The notes beneath the pieces were generated by a model. That model was not told the DNA's origin and searched no databases. It saw only the letters and a list, made by a program, of their open reading frames with translations. This document shows, one piece after another, positions 52,901-64,000 of a stretch of DNA of 64,000 nucleotides. The position numbers and the translations under genes were made by a program. The stretch is from assembly GCA_040954595.2 (NCBI GenBank), contig CM082578.2, positions 15,856,998 to 15,920,997 on the forward strand, in the 5' to 3' direction. Every line of letters starts with the position of its first letter. Position 1 is the first letter of the stretch. The DNA is from Balanoglossus misakiensis (Eukaryota; Animalia; Hemichordata).

Positions 52901-53654
52901 GCGCCCTTATCGTGAAAGTACGCCCCCTGGATCGACCTCGACGATTAGTGAAGCGTCATCGGTAAACGGCGAAACGAAAGAGGCACAAAGTGATAATCAA
53001 AAGAATGACGGTGTGGTGACGACAGAATCTCCAGACAATTACTATGACCATGCGCACCTGCCAAAAAAGAAGAGACACTGGCGACAGTATTTGAAAGACA
53101 CAGAAGGAAGTACTGTCGGCGAAGACAAGACCAAGACAGACGCGAAAGTGTGTAGAAGTTTTGAGGAAAGACAAACCGAGCAAACACCTGTAGCTGCTCA
53201 CTCTAATTTACAAAGTGAACCCAACTCACGGAAGCCGACAGAAGAAAACTCACAAGCTTTCACAACTTGGTTGAAAGAACAACTTTTGTCCAATGAGAAT
53301 GCGCGTAATAAAACCAGTTTGGGTTCACCAGAAAATGGCCAGGCAGGTGAGCAAGACAGCAACCCCTCTGACAACGAAGCCGAAAACAATGACGGGAAAG
53401 CGAGGGAAGACAACAACGTGGCGGGAATGATACAGACTATGATCGAGGTAATCATGGAAACGCAGCGTAAACAAGTTGACCAAGAAGACGAAAGTTCAGC
53501 TGATGGAAACAATAACGACAGCAAGGAGGATGCTGGGAAGGCGGATTTTGTCAGAGACAACGACAGATCGAGAGATCAACGCCAGATTTGTGTCAACCAG
53601 GTTATGTACAGTGCACATGCAATGTCATCGCCTGTGCCCACAAAATATATCTGA
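49959..53654 (+). CDS. Large single-coding-exon, predicted intrinsically disordered nuclear protein (~1231 aa) with a PLDLS CtBP-binding motif
   Basis: 3.7-kb uninterrupted ORF. Splice acceptor TCTCTTGCAG at 49932, followed by the first in-frame ATG at 49959. A small upstream exon 49767-49806 has an in-frame stop, so it looks like 5' UTR. Motifs RPLDLSVKK, ARRKKKQK, VLRSLL, HLPKKKRHW; no recognisable folded domain. Confidence 0.75.
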   Translation: MLYQPIEPRALISRHIHVPAVIPQPNKMRAATGQCCDEAVNRPLDLSVKKTDAGENTDEPAGKDSFGEKQTFSTRPTFANPWNRDLAVWNAKPLVTQETRRIKKNVDSASVDNTKLKANGKVDLYSHFEVAKSQDPTASHFAREAVTQENGRTGASLQTKGEDSHPIALVSETKTSSVIRPNGLTNVQNLDREDASTTWAPFKVSANGNSNARRKKKQKAKTWQVPVGHEERPIAATVLPPEIATKVQQSHGLASLIHDNSMRSPDEYLPDKTDIRTHNAPHYVRDDATTAATKSTCNGSLQSYSRYKTPERDQGQPPTCPTIHQRDVLRSLLTDHNRQSDVCRPDAHHPHALHIQNNHDRGPDMKSPQIQNAEKHFQGVPRYRTSQHKQPAFRQHVPPVVPINPKSLRLTPTPQPRASYQITTISPEEVNDYKGILQCADATLIPVYLDEKQEKTSMLISRDGPCTELRAVVIGRTPSKDADIQEVERPVAADCFGRPVPLVPVKQSGDTSSIQAAVRPTIASAIHRYNGESTRTRNITPISFERRVPEMAKPAGSMNHRGEGRPSFVQGPLAMHSVADTKNARTTKDVFSHSYSRETVDFLPPPLRDAIGKYKFANSVDRHDKNSRDEHGLPERNHVAQRGSGTGETREAPGPSFPNANIRRVSQQNVVQSQELQYAVQDSDISRNILEQLNQLSVSKLLEIQRSWIEKPESDATKKGSRGAAGPNAVAEKTPEILPSPVMAVHAMSSDDRIPAKQFFAKMPDQFHLLNNNRILRPQDVGISSRPVREVSDVIAAGEANRTADTTPAFPRYQQNAVQIDQPVIDCAPATPVRCSSYEDNVSYTKARCFSPSQTQLPPAQSKNTENRHRPKVAKDINPALRDALDARLSSVISANDSLLQAHEVPRKRPWSKKDWEKEEEMPHKYYAAAHMDRLPANEQYPFPVYRHHEDSLANSVKFRDIRPKFVEDTVPTREPAVGTKRPYRESTPPGSTSTISEASSVNGETKEAQSDNQKNDGVVTTESPDNYYDHAHLPKKKRHWRQYLKDTEGSTVGEDKTKTDAKVCRSFEERQTEQTPVAAHSNLQSEPNSRKPTEENSQAFTTWLKEQLLSNENARNKTSLGSPENGQAGEQDSNPSDNEAENNDGKAREDNNVAGMIQTMIEVIMETQRKQVDQEDESSADGNNNDSKEDAGKADFVRDNDRSRDQRQICVNQVMYSAHAMSSPVPTKYI

Positions 53655-55121
53655 TATGCATACATGTATATGTATGTCTGACTTTTGACACTAGTGGGTG
53701 CAGGTGAGGACAATGTTTGACCGTATGCAAGCAGTGAATACGTACCCATAACGAAACGCCTGAGGCTTTCAATATTGACTGCTGTAAGTTAGAGAGAACA
53801 ACTTTTTATGCGAAGTTAGTCGAAAAGTACCGACTGCTGACGTCACAGACCACGAACCTGCATCGTGACAGAGACTTGTTCAAGCACCAGTGCCTAACAC
53901 GTGGTGATGCGACACTCATTAGAATTCGTTCGACAGGTTATTTTTGAACGAACGGCAGTGCAGTAGGGTTTTAAATTAGTAAGTACCGTCAGATGACGCG
54001 TTTGCAATAATTTTGGAAGCCTAGATGAAGATGTGCGACTTTCATCACGTGTTTAAATATCAGTGTACTGGTGTAGGTGTACCTGTAAATATTTTGTAAT
54101 TGTCGCGCTTACTTACGGCAGCTATAAGAATCGTTTACTTTTGAAGTGCATTTTGAAGTATTTTTGAAGTCTTTCATTAAAACGTTTACAGTCAAAGTTT
54201 CTAACGATTTGCCTTTGAAGACAATTAGACTTGATGTACTGGGCCAATACGTGTTTGATCGGAGTCGACGACAATCAACAAGCTTGCCCATAACAACGTG
54301 ATAGTCACAACTTTTAATAACTAATTGAATACCACACTACACATAAAGAATTCACTTCAGATGACCATAGATAAATTCAATATACCTCACGCGGGAAACA
54401 CGAATCTACTAATCGCACTAGTTTCCAGCAAAGACTACTTTTTGTTTTTGTTTTTTGGTTTAACTTTGAGTAAATAAACCTAATGTAAGGAAGTTCATAT
54501 TGGCGTGGAAGTGAGTTTTGCGTGCAAAATGTGTGTGGCAGTTCAAGAATTTAGCTACTAGATTTAGATCCTGTAAACTTGGCCTGAATTTTTTCCCTTG
54601 TTTATTTTCAACAACTTACAATTACATAAGGTATTATAAATGTCTGATAATTGTCTACGGAATGCACTCTGACATAGACACATTACGAATACTGTGGGGA
54701 GGAATGCTCAAAATATTGCCAGAAGGGGCGCTGTAGAACTCTATAAGTCAACCCATGATGCATGATACCGTATACAAACTTTTTTAAACTCCTATTATAT
54801 ATCATGTTATGCTATGCTATGCTATGTTACATTATGTGACAATACATTTACCAGGAAATTGGCAATATAGTGTGCTTTTGAACGACACAATTGTAAAAAA
54901 AAAATCTTCACGACATCGACCATTTGTGAGAATAGTTTATGTTACACCTACATGCGCTATGAGATAATGTCTTGTTACGACTGATAAAGTAAAAAGCAGC
55001 TACTGTAGTAATAGTGTTCATCCAAATGACTGAATTAGCGCCAGAAAACGTCATGTAACCCATTTACCCCGAAAACTTCTATGTTTAATTTCATTGCCAT
55101 GGAATATTCGTCGACGTCGGA

Positions 55122-58100
55122 TTAGATGATTTGCGTAGTTACTTGATCACCTGTAGTTTCCTCGTCTAGGTTTCTGTTTCTTTTGAGATAACGATGAACC
55201 AGTAACTTCATGAGCTGTTCAAAGAAGTGGTAAACAGATTAGTACAGGACACATAATCCCTGCCAACAAAACAAAACAGCACAACAAAACACATCCAGAT
55301 TCATATTCTACGACGTACCACGCGTTTTCAACTCGAAAGAAATCGTGTGTCCTGCAACTCCACCAATGTAGCGATTGTCACATATTTTCAGCAATCACCC
55401 TTGAAATGTACTAAATAATATTCGTAGGCCTAATCCTTAAAATTGTGTAGCACATATCTAATTTGTCACTTGGAGATGCGTTCTGACGCACGATTCAACA
55501 ATAACACTTACTCTGTCGTAGTCCGAATGCTTCGATGGCATTACCTTTCCGTTTGTGTTGCCCGTCTGTGAAGTAGATGTTTGGAGAAAGTTACCCAAAT
55601 GAAGATTGTTATGTATGAGAAAGAAAGCACCTCTGCTCAAGTTGTGTTGCTACATCCATCCACTGTATGGATATCAGATATCTCTGTATCTATCGTGTTG
55701 TCTTACCTCACTACTTTCATCTGAATCTTTCAACGATGATGGCGCACTCTCATTTCCTCCCAGCTGCTACGATAAAAGTGAGTGCTTATTGTCTGTCTCC
55801 GCCAGACTTACATGTAAACTTATGCATAAGTGTATGGCGTACTATAATTTTTGCACACGCGTGTTTTTTTTAATTTACCTCAATAACCCCTGCAATTTAA
55901 CTGATCATTTGCATAGCCCTATGTTAGTCTATTCTCATAGGGTGTACCATCCATGCACCTGCTATGTTGTACACGTGGACAAATGAATTGACCAATCAAT
56001 TGGCCAAATTTACATGACCACTGGACATCGACTCAATATCAAACCAAAGAGTGCCAGACGAGAATACACGCACCTCCACGTCAGCGGCCGCTTCGTCTCC
56101 CTCCGTTTTTCGGCAGAATCCATTTTTACAGCAGTAGTAACATTTCCAGAATTGTGAAAAGACGAATTTGATCACAATCAAGACGGTGAATGGTGGATAG
56201 AGGACCGGCGCGTCGAAATAACTCAACCAGATCTTTGTACGAGCAAATTTCCATTCGGTATCTTCGCGTTTCTGTTTTGGATACACAGAAAATTGCAGAG
56301 GTGAGTTTCATCACAAGGGTCAATATTACAGCATTACTTTCACAAGGTAAATGTTTACTGTAGAGTAATATGGACCACATACTCCCTATAAGTACATGTA
56401 CATAACTTCGGGGGAGGACCAACATCTCCTTCACCAACACCACGCCCTGATCTCTCACCTTGAGTGTCCTGTAGGCGTCAGCGACAATGGCAACAAAAAT
56501 GTGGATTTGAACCAAGATGGCGATTAGACAAAACACTCCAAGAAGTATGCCGCCGAAAGCGCTGTACACATCTGTCAGGTCGGTCAAAGGTGTCGTGTCG
56601 TTTCTGCCACTCAACTCGTCATTTGCAGTTGAAGACATATGAGATTCCGAAGTCATAAGAACGTCTTTAACGGCCAGGTTTCCGAATGCTGACCAAAGTA
56701 TTGAAGCAAGAGAGTTCCAAAAACTGCAAGTACAGAAAAAAATTGTGATGTACAAGTCATACTTTATTCCACATAAAATTTCAAGGTCTGTTACGTATAG
56801 TTCAGTATGGATCAATGTTTCAAAAGAGCTCCTTCTTTGTCAGCTTTCTCTAAAACAAAGGTTTTCCGCCATATAAACAGTCAACGTCAACACCTAATGC
56901 AACCAGGGATTGAAAGTTGGCCCTTTAAGTTTAGGTATGTACATAGGGGTTCTCACGTTATACTTACTCGGTAAACGCGCCAATTTCTTCGACGTAAATG
57001 AAAAACATGCCCATTGCGAACGTCATGAGAGTGAAAGCAAAAAGAAAAAGAAATTTGAAGATTTCCGTGCCTATTAATGAGCAAATAACCACCATTGGAC
57101 CAAAAGTATCAGTTAGATATAGAAATTGTGTCAAGCGCAGGGCACTGAAAATCAGAAGTACCCCTAGCACGGAGTACATTGTGCGGAAGGCAGTCGTGTC
57201 AGAATTGTAATAATCCGAGAATAAAACAAAAAATGAAAACATTGACACTAAATGACAGGACACTAAGATTGTGTCGTAAACATTCCAGAAGGAAGAGAAA
57301 TAACGAACGCCATAAATGAAGATTTTCTGAATTTCAGAAAGGACCAAGGACACAGTCCAAATCGTTATAACAAAGAGGGCCAAGTTGGCTATAACTTCTT
57401 CGTAAGATAGCGCCTTGACGACCAAAAGTGCGAAAATGAGAGACAGAATGAACCAAACATGCGAGAAAAGACGAAAGAGACATCTGGACTTGGGGGCTGT
57501 GAGAAAGCCTAAGAACGGCTTTGGAGGAAGAATAGTGTTGAGAAGCGCTCCCATGACGTTCAGAAGACCATAGACGATGACGCAATGAAGAAAGTGCAGT
57601 ATGGTCCAGCCGAGTCCATCTTTGCGACACCAACCAGGTTGTCCCTTTGACCATTCTCCGTATAAAGTTTGCTGGCATTTGCGGTGTGCTATGAACTGTT
57701 GGTTGGATGAATATTTCGTGTTAAAATGAAGCAGGCCTTCCTATTCCTACAACGGCATACTAAACACACCCTTTGATATTGTAGTTTTCTGTAATTGTCT
57801 AAGTCCTAAAAACCGGCCGGCGCGGGCTACATAAAACCACCTCAACCTACCCTTTTCTGGTCGCACTCGATGGCCTCTGAAGCAACTCTCCACTCGGATT
57901 CAATCAGTCCATGAGTTGAAAAACATCCAGCGATACAGTCTTTTTGTTCAGTCTCAGAAATTGTCTTCTTCCCCCTCAGTAATATTTCAACCTCCTTGGA
58001 ATCTTCACAAAGATCAATGAATTCCACCATGAAATCTCCTACTCGTTTGTCCAATGTCTTGTACTACGGATAAGAAGAACAAATAGAGGAAATGATGATT

Positions 58101-59880
58101 TGCAAAACACAGAATTAAAAGTGAAGAGATAAAATCTAAATGAGAGATTCACATCAGAATCAGATTTTGATCCGCCCCCATATCTTCAGAGCAGAAAAAA
58201 GGCTCACCAAGGGACTGTCGTAGCTGACTTTAGACTCGGATAACCGCTTCAGCTGTTTTGACAACTGTAAGGACGCCATCACAGGGTCTTCGGAAACCAG
58301 ACACATATACAGCCGAAATTATGAAAGGTCGCCGATTCAATATGTGATCTAGACGTCCTGTGTTCACTGAACACACGATGTGTTTATCTAACACAAACAA
58401 CAGAACCTCTCATAAAAGAGATGCGGTATCATTAGACTAATTACAGATGGTAGTCTGGAAACACGCTCCCCCTCAGAGAGAGTTGTTTACTTGGGTACGA
58501 TGTCAAAGTTTAATCTCAAAGTGTATACGCTTTATGTTGAGAGTGTACCCAAGTAAACAACTCTCTCTGAGGGGGAGCGTGTTTCCAGACTACCATCTGT
58601 AATTAGTCTAATGATACCGCATCTCTTTTATGAGAGGTTCTGTTGTTTGTGTTAGATAAACACATCGTGTGTTCAGTGCACACAGGACGTCTAGATCACA
58701 TATTGAATCGGCGACCTTTCATAATTTCGGCTGTAAGTCGGACTCGAGATTGCGCTGTAAATCTGCAATTTCTTCTCCGAGAGAAATACATCTTCGTGGT
58801 CACCTCTTGATGTTTGTAATTCATACGAGTTCCTTCTTCTCAACTCAGGTTTGATAAGTTCTCCATCTGTTGCTGATGGTCGTGAAAATGTGTTTATTTA
58901 ATCACAACGGCACATCGGACTAGTAGAAGTAGTGGTTTTCAAAAAGCACAAGGATTGCATTTTCTAATCGCAGGGAAAGAAACACAGGTATTTATTCCTG
59001 ATTTTCATTGTACTTCGACTCGATTAAATTAGGTTCGATAATATATAATTCTTACCTCCCTTACTCGTTAAATAAAAACTTCCATCGAGTGCCGGAACGT
59101 CATTCTTCAATAGATATCTGACACCAGGGAAATCATTTTTTCGTGCCATGTACTGCAAAACAACCGTTCCTACCGGTGACTGCAAAGTTACCTTAGTCTG
59201 CTTCTACGAAAAAAGAAAACAACAGTTTGTTAAACATAGAGTGAACAAATATTGAAAGGGTGGTCTTTTGCGGAGCACAGAAAAACAGATATCGTTTTTT
59301 TTTTACATATTCATCTAATGCAATTGTGGGCTCATATCCTCCCATGCAGTCTTACCTGGAGCAATTCTCGCACGTTATCTATATTGTCATTTTCAATTGC
59401 TGCAATCAGTTCCACCTTCCTTGCCTTTTCTTCTTCTCTTTGTCTCATGCTGTTTTTGTATGTAGGGCTTGGTCGAGGGGGTCGGCCCTGGCTGCTGAGT
59501 CTCCTGTCGTTCGAACTGTCCGGTTCGCGTTCTCTCTCCTCTGCCTCCTCGTTTCCTGGGACGTCTTCTCCAACATTTGCCGATGCTGAGACTTCAGGTT
59601 TTCCCGCCGATTCCTCGGTATCCGAATTCAAATCGTTCAATTCTTCATCGGATTGAGCTCGGGCAACATTTTCAATGTCTTCAATCGAAGCTTGGCCCTC
59701 GTCATGGGTATCACTATTGTCAAACTTCTCTCCCTGGAATCCGCCCATTTCTTGCTCTGTGGCGACATTTTCGTCAAGTTTTTCGTCTGTCGTGAAGCCA
59801 GTTGACCATTCTTCATGGTCCGACACCCTTTCAGGATCCTCTCTAGTGTCATCATAAACAACCTCTTCGTTTTCGGCCAT
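55122..59880 (-). CDS. Divergent TRPC-like (canonical TRP) cation channel; exon 3 is interrupted by a MITE in this haplotype
   Basis: Exons 59880-59356, 59203-59056, 58866-58208 (interrupted), 58063-57851, 57695-56968, 56723-56459, 56271-56074, 55766-55707, possibly 1-2 uncertain exons, then 55214-55122. Motifs LQIYSAISSPTY|MCLVSEDPV (TRP_2 region), FIAHRKCQQ, TM segments, pore ILWSAFG, TRP box EWKFAR, LMKLLVHRYL. Confidence 0.85.
58310..58733. mobile_element. Fold-back MITE of Tc1/mariner type (424 bp; 189-bp arms, 46-bp spacer; TA target duplication)
   Basis: 58310-58498 is the reverse complement of 58545-58733, with one mismatch seen (58364/58679). Termini CAG...CTG, flanked by TA at 58308-58309 and 58734-58735. 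Confidence 0.93.
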
Positions 59881-60716
59881 TTTGCTTAATGTCCCCCGTT
59901 TTTATTAAATGCGCATCTATATATATCCAAAGCTTTTCAATACAGCAAATTCCAAACTCAGAAAACAATGCATATTTGTCATGATTCGTATTGTATTATT
60001 GTTATCATTATGCTTTCCTTTGTCATAAACTACAAGTGACCACATTTTCGCGTATTTATATACAAATGATTGTGATGTAACATGCACTAGTCTACACACA
60101 GGCAAAATCAACGAATGTACGTTGGCAGGCCTAGATCGGTCAAATTGTTGACAGAAGGAAAGAAACTGGGTACATGTATATGAAATGTGTGCGTCATATT
60201 TTAAATGGTCTGAGAATCGCACTCAACTGAAACAGATGCGTCTTTATTTCTATAGATCCTCGAAGGATTTCCCTCAAATGTTCTATGGAAAAGGAATTCA
60301 TAAATTTTACTGTAGGAAATCAGTGTCTTTTCGGGGGAAGTTTCGGAGCTTCCCATGCAAATAAGACATATGTCAAATCAAAAAAGAAAGGTCCTGACAT
60401 CATCACCACTTTTGGCCATTCCTGCCAGGGCTTGGTCCGGGTAAACTGAGGCCCGGCCCAACGCCGCCAGTGGTCGACTCGACTGATGATCATCGATGAC
60501 CGCAGATGAACTCAAGCTCTGCCCTGACCTTGGGATGCCCTCACAATTTTGCACATGCGCACTACACATAAAAACAAGACTAAAGTCCGTCGATTTTTAA
60601 GTAGTACTGCAATCATATTGTCGATCACGTGGAGATCATGATGTCTTGACCAGAACTTCCGGGTCCGTGTTATACAAAACGGTACGATATCTCCAGTGCA
60701 CAATTTTGACGTCACT

Positions 60717-63700
60717 ATGACGTCGACAACGACCACGGTAACCACCACTGAAGATCCTGGTTTCTGGGATTATTTGAAAGATCACATCTGGGTACGAATA
60801 TGGAACTTTTCCTTTGTACATGATAAATTGTGTCAGTCATTACATATCCATGTCCAGAGATAACAGACTCGGTGTAGAGTCTAATTCCTGCAACATATTA
60901 TACATGTAATACATAAATATTGTTTGTTTGCTGAATATGTGTTGTTTATTCAGAGTGTCTTGGTCTGACCCGCAGCTGGTAATCAGTGGCCAAGTACGTT
61001 TCTAGTACCAGAGTAGATATAACTTCAAAAGTAGGTGGCAACTTTTTTTAGACAGGCAGTTAACAGACTATTCATCTAATTATTGACTTTACAATAAAAC
61101 AGTTTCAACATTATTTATAAAAACATTTCTTTTATCTTTCTCAGATTCCTATCTTGGTGGGCTTGCTTGTATTATTGTTGATAATATGCCTCATCCTGTG
61201 GTTGCTTTACAAATACAGGTCAGTTTCATCTCAGTGTAATTTAAAGCTAATCAACTAATTGTAAGACTAAATATTCTTAAGTTTCCCAGGTTACGGTACT
61301 TACGTACAGATTAAGCTTGTCATCATCCATCTTTCTATACATAACATTCTCCTTACATTCATTGATTTTTTAACCTTATATAAATAGTGAAGGGTGTGTT
61401 TGCACATTGAATTTGTCTCTGCCTATAGGATAACACTATGAAAAAGCACACTTCTATTGAAATTTCCATGTAAACTCTAGTAGTCATCTGAGACTAAGTA
61501 GCAATCCTTTGAATTTTGTTATCCTCAATAGGCATGGTGACAGGGAACGGTATGATTACTCTGCTTTGGAAGATGAAATGGGGTTTTCAGAGAAATTAAG
61601 ACTTGAAAGAGAGATGCAGCTGGAAGCCAGAAGAGGTATAAAGGTTATCCAGTCATGAAATATTAAACATTTTAGCCATTATCGTATACTCCTTATGGAC
61701 TTATGATTTGAAAATTGAAAATAAAAACTTCCTATGAGCAATTTAACTTCCACCCTAATTAATGAGAGAGTATATTACACTTGATCCATGCCAGGAACTT
61801 TAACATGAAGTAACATGCAGTATGTCTGATCTTCATTTTCAGAGTCTGCTTTGTTGAATTGTCAGTTTTATCTGAGATCGATGACTCGACATTATTCAAT
61901 GGTGGAACATCTTCCAGACATAGGTGAGCAACAGAATAATATCCAATATGTCTGAATTTAATTTTAATAAAATTTAACATAAAATACTAATAATTTGTCA
62001 GATTTCTTTGTATCAAAAATTTTATAAAGCACTTTTGCATTTGAAATTTTTTTTAAATATTTTTTCTGAATCTCAGGAAGTCGAGTAAGCAAGAATTGGT
62101 TTCTTGTTCATGATAACAAAACAAAACAAAATAAGATGATGACAATGACCATCAGACCCCCTAGCTGCCTCATTAATTTCAATAGAAACAATAGGAAAAC
62201 TCTCCAAGAAATGTTGCAGCTTATACATGTAAGTAACATTGTATGTTCATTTGTAGAATTTTTGTGGAAAGGTATTGACAAACTATAAGGATGTCATATT
62301 TGTCCCTGGCATTATAATTATTATTATATATTCAGTGATCTTAAACGTCATAACAACATCTGGAGAATATAATTGTCTTCCATATATTCTTACAGCATCC
62401 CTATTTACTGCCAGTAGATGACATTGACTTTGTACCAGAGCAAGACCTCTTAGTTATTGTACAACAATATAATGCAAAAGGCTCCCTCAAAGACCTCATC
62501 TACAAGGTATGTAGCAAATTTTATGTCTGTTTGAGCTGAATTTTATAGTTTGGAATACTTAAATATAGGCAAGCAAATACCGTCGCTTACCATTTATAAC
62601 CTAATTCTTATAATGTTACTATGTTGTATCTCATCTCTCTCTCTCTGTTCAACATTGGTTATGTCTGCATGATCTGCATATCATTTGCACAATTCCTCTT
62701 GATGTCGCTTGCAGTCCAAGCCAAAAGAAGTCTTCGAAGCCAAGTATTCAGTGCATGGCAGAGGACTACCTTTACCTCAGATACAACTTTATGGAAAACA
62801 GATCCTTGAAGTAAGTTCATCTTCCTTTTCTACACCCTGCAGCAAGTTTTGAAATATCTGGTGTGTGAAAGACCTGCTATAGGGCTGACTTCAATTTCTC
62901 ACATCCTCGATTCTCTGTTTATCTCACAGTGAAAAAAGGGTAGGAATAGTAGTAGTAAATTAATCAATACTAGCTGAATTGACATTACTGTTTTTCTGAC
63001 AGGCTGTTATTTACCTGGCCGACCATGGAATCAATGTTCGAGGCCATGTACAGTCAGGGAACATCATACTAGTCAATGATGTCTGTAGGTAAGACATACT
63101 TCAGTTTGTACATCACTTGTGTACTCCAATTTTGTGTACTCTAACTTTTTTTGTCTTAGTTTTGTATTGATTGTTACCCGTGCATAACAACTGGTGAATC
63201 CATATGTCTTTTATTTACAATTTATTGGTCTACCTGGTGGCAGTGTTCGAGTTATGAATGTTGTTGGGTCTGAATGTTTTTATGGCAGCATAACTGAAGG
63301 TCATTGGATATTAAAAATGGACTTCAAAGGGAAATATGGCCCACTATCTGTGGAAATCAAGGCTCATCATTTAATGGCTTCACAACCAAACTATTTATTG
63401 TTTCATCTTCAAATGAAAATTGGAGCGCCGTTCTAAGTGCATAGCGGCACTTTACAACCCTGTTTGAATCTTGATCGGAGATTTCATAGAAAATTTAGAG
63501 AGCTTTGTCCTTGAGTTGTGTTACGTGCAACAAGTAAGTGTGGCAACCTTTACCAGTGGAAGCAGTCAAAATTTATTGGGAGTGGTCGGCTCTTTGTAGC
63601 TTTAATTCAAGGACACTGTGAAGGTTGAATTCTGTGTTATATATATTGGCTGTAGTCTGGATGATTGTTTTATTTCTGTTCAGGTTTTGCAGTTATGAGA

Positions 63701-64000
63701 ACGCTTTCTTTGGCTTCACTGCGAGATCTTTCCACGCAATACGTCGACGGCTAACACACGGCAAGGATGAAGCCGACAGGTTAGCCTTTGGTGAGTCTAT
63801 TCCTTGATTCCATTCTGTGATGATCTTTTGTCACTTATGCAGGTAGAATCCTGATTTGAAAATTAATCGAAGCAGTTTACTTTGTCTGCATGTTAAACAT
63901 TTTATCAGTTACATTCAACTGAGACGATACTTTATTTGTCTTTGCACTCTTTTGAGTATTTGGGAATTACTGATAATGCAATCAAAATATCAAAGTGCAG
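60717..64000 (+). CDS. Slowpoke-binding protein (Slob)/PXK-like pseudokinase with an N-terminal transmembrane anchor; continues beyond the right edge
   Basis: Exons 60717-60791, 61145-61218 (TM IPILVGLLVLLLIICLILWLL), 61532-61635, 61843-61923, 62077-62228, 62396-62506, 62715-62810, 63003-63088, 63684-63790. Motifs CQFYLR..HLPDIGSRVSKNWFLV, HPYLLPV..KGSLKDLIYK, GLPLPQIQLYGKQILEA, GHVQSGNI are characteristic of Slob/PXK. Confidence 0.85.

Noticed and set aside
49962-53560. Antisense and alternate-frame ORFs overlapping the 1245-aa ORF
   Set aside because: Expected shadows of a long, GC-balanced coding exon; no independent motifs.
58451-58592. Possible nested element with TAGTCT...AGACTA ends (like the 44879 MITE) inside the fold-back MITE
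   Set aside because: Its flanks are inverted rather than direct repeats, so there is no TSD. The 6-bp similarity may be chance.
60380-60545. GC-rich hairpin-prone segment considered as an snRNA, snoRNA or 7SK gene
   Set aside because: No match to snRNA sequences I know, and the C/D box spacing is too short; more likely promoter or repeat sequence.

Overview
Intron-rich eukaryotic (metazoan) genomic DNA, most consistent with an invertebrate deuterostome. This is an inference from gene content, vertebrate-like exon structure and a mosaic CpG pattern. Ten protein-coding genes can be reconstructed from splice sites and family motifs: a short filamin (-, runs off the left end), an ankyrin/coiled-coil protein (+), NDUFAF3 (-), an EGF-repeat type I membrane protein (+), KLHDC10 (-), ZC3HC1/NIPA (+), UBE2H (+), a ~1230-aa single-exon low-complexity ORF with a PLDLS motif (+), a divergent TRPC-like channel (-) and a Slob/PXK-like pseudokinase with an N-terminal TM helix (+, runs off the right end). 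Main observations: (1) a near-perfect 424-bp fold-back MITE inserted at a TA inside a coding exon of the TRPC-like gene, introducing a premature stop; (2) KLHDC10<->ZC3HC1->UBE2H in the same order and orientation as the human 7q32 cluster; (3) two minor-spliceosome (U12) introns, one of which must end in non-canonical AA or AG after an AT start; (4) an EGF receptor-like tail with three P(S/T)AP and two PPxY late-domain motifs; (5) a filamin apparently lacking its actin-binding domain; (6) a second young MITE with 156-bp TIRs and a 9-bp TSD. No prokaryotic-type systems, CRISPR arrays, tRNA or rRNA genes were supportable.
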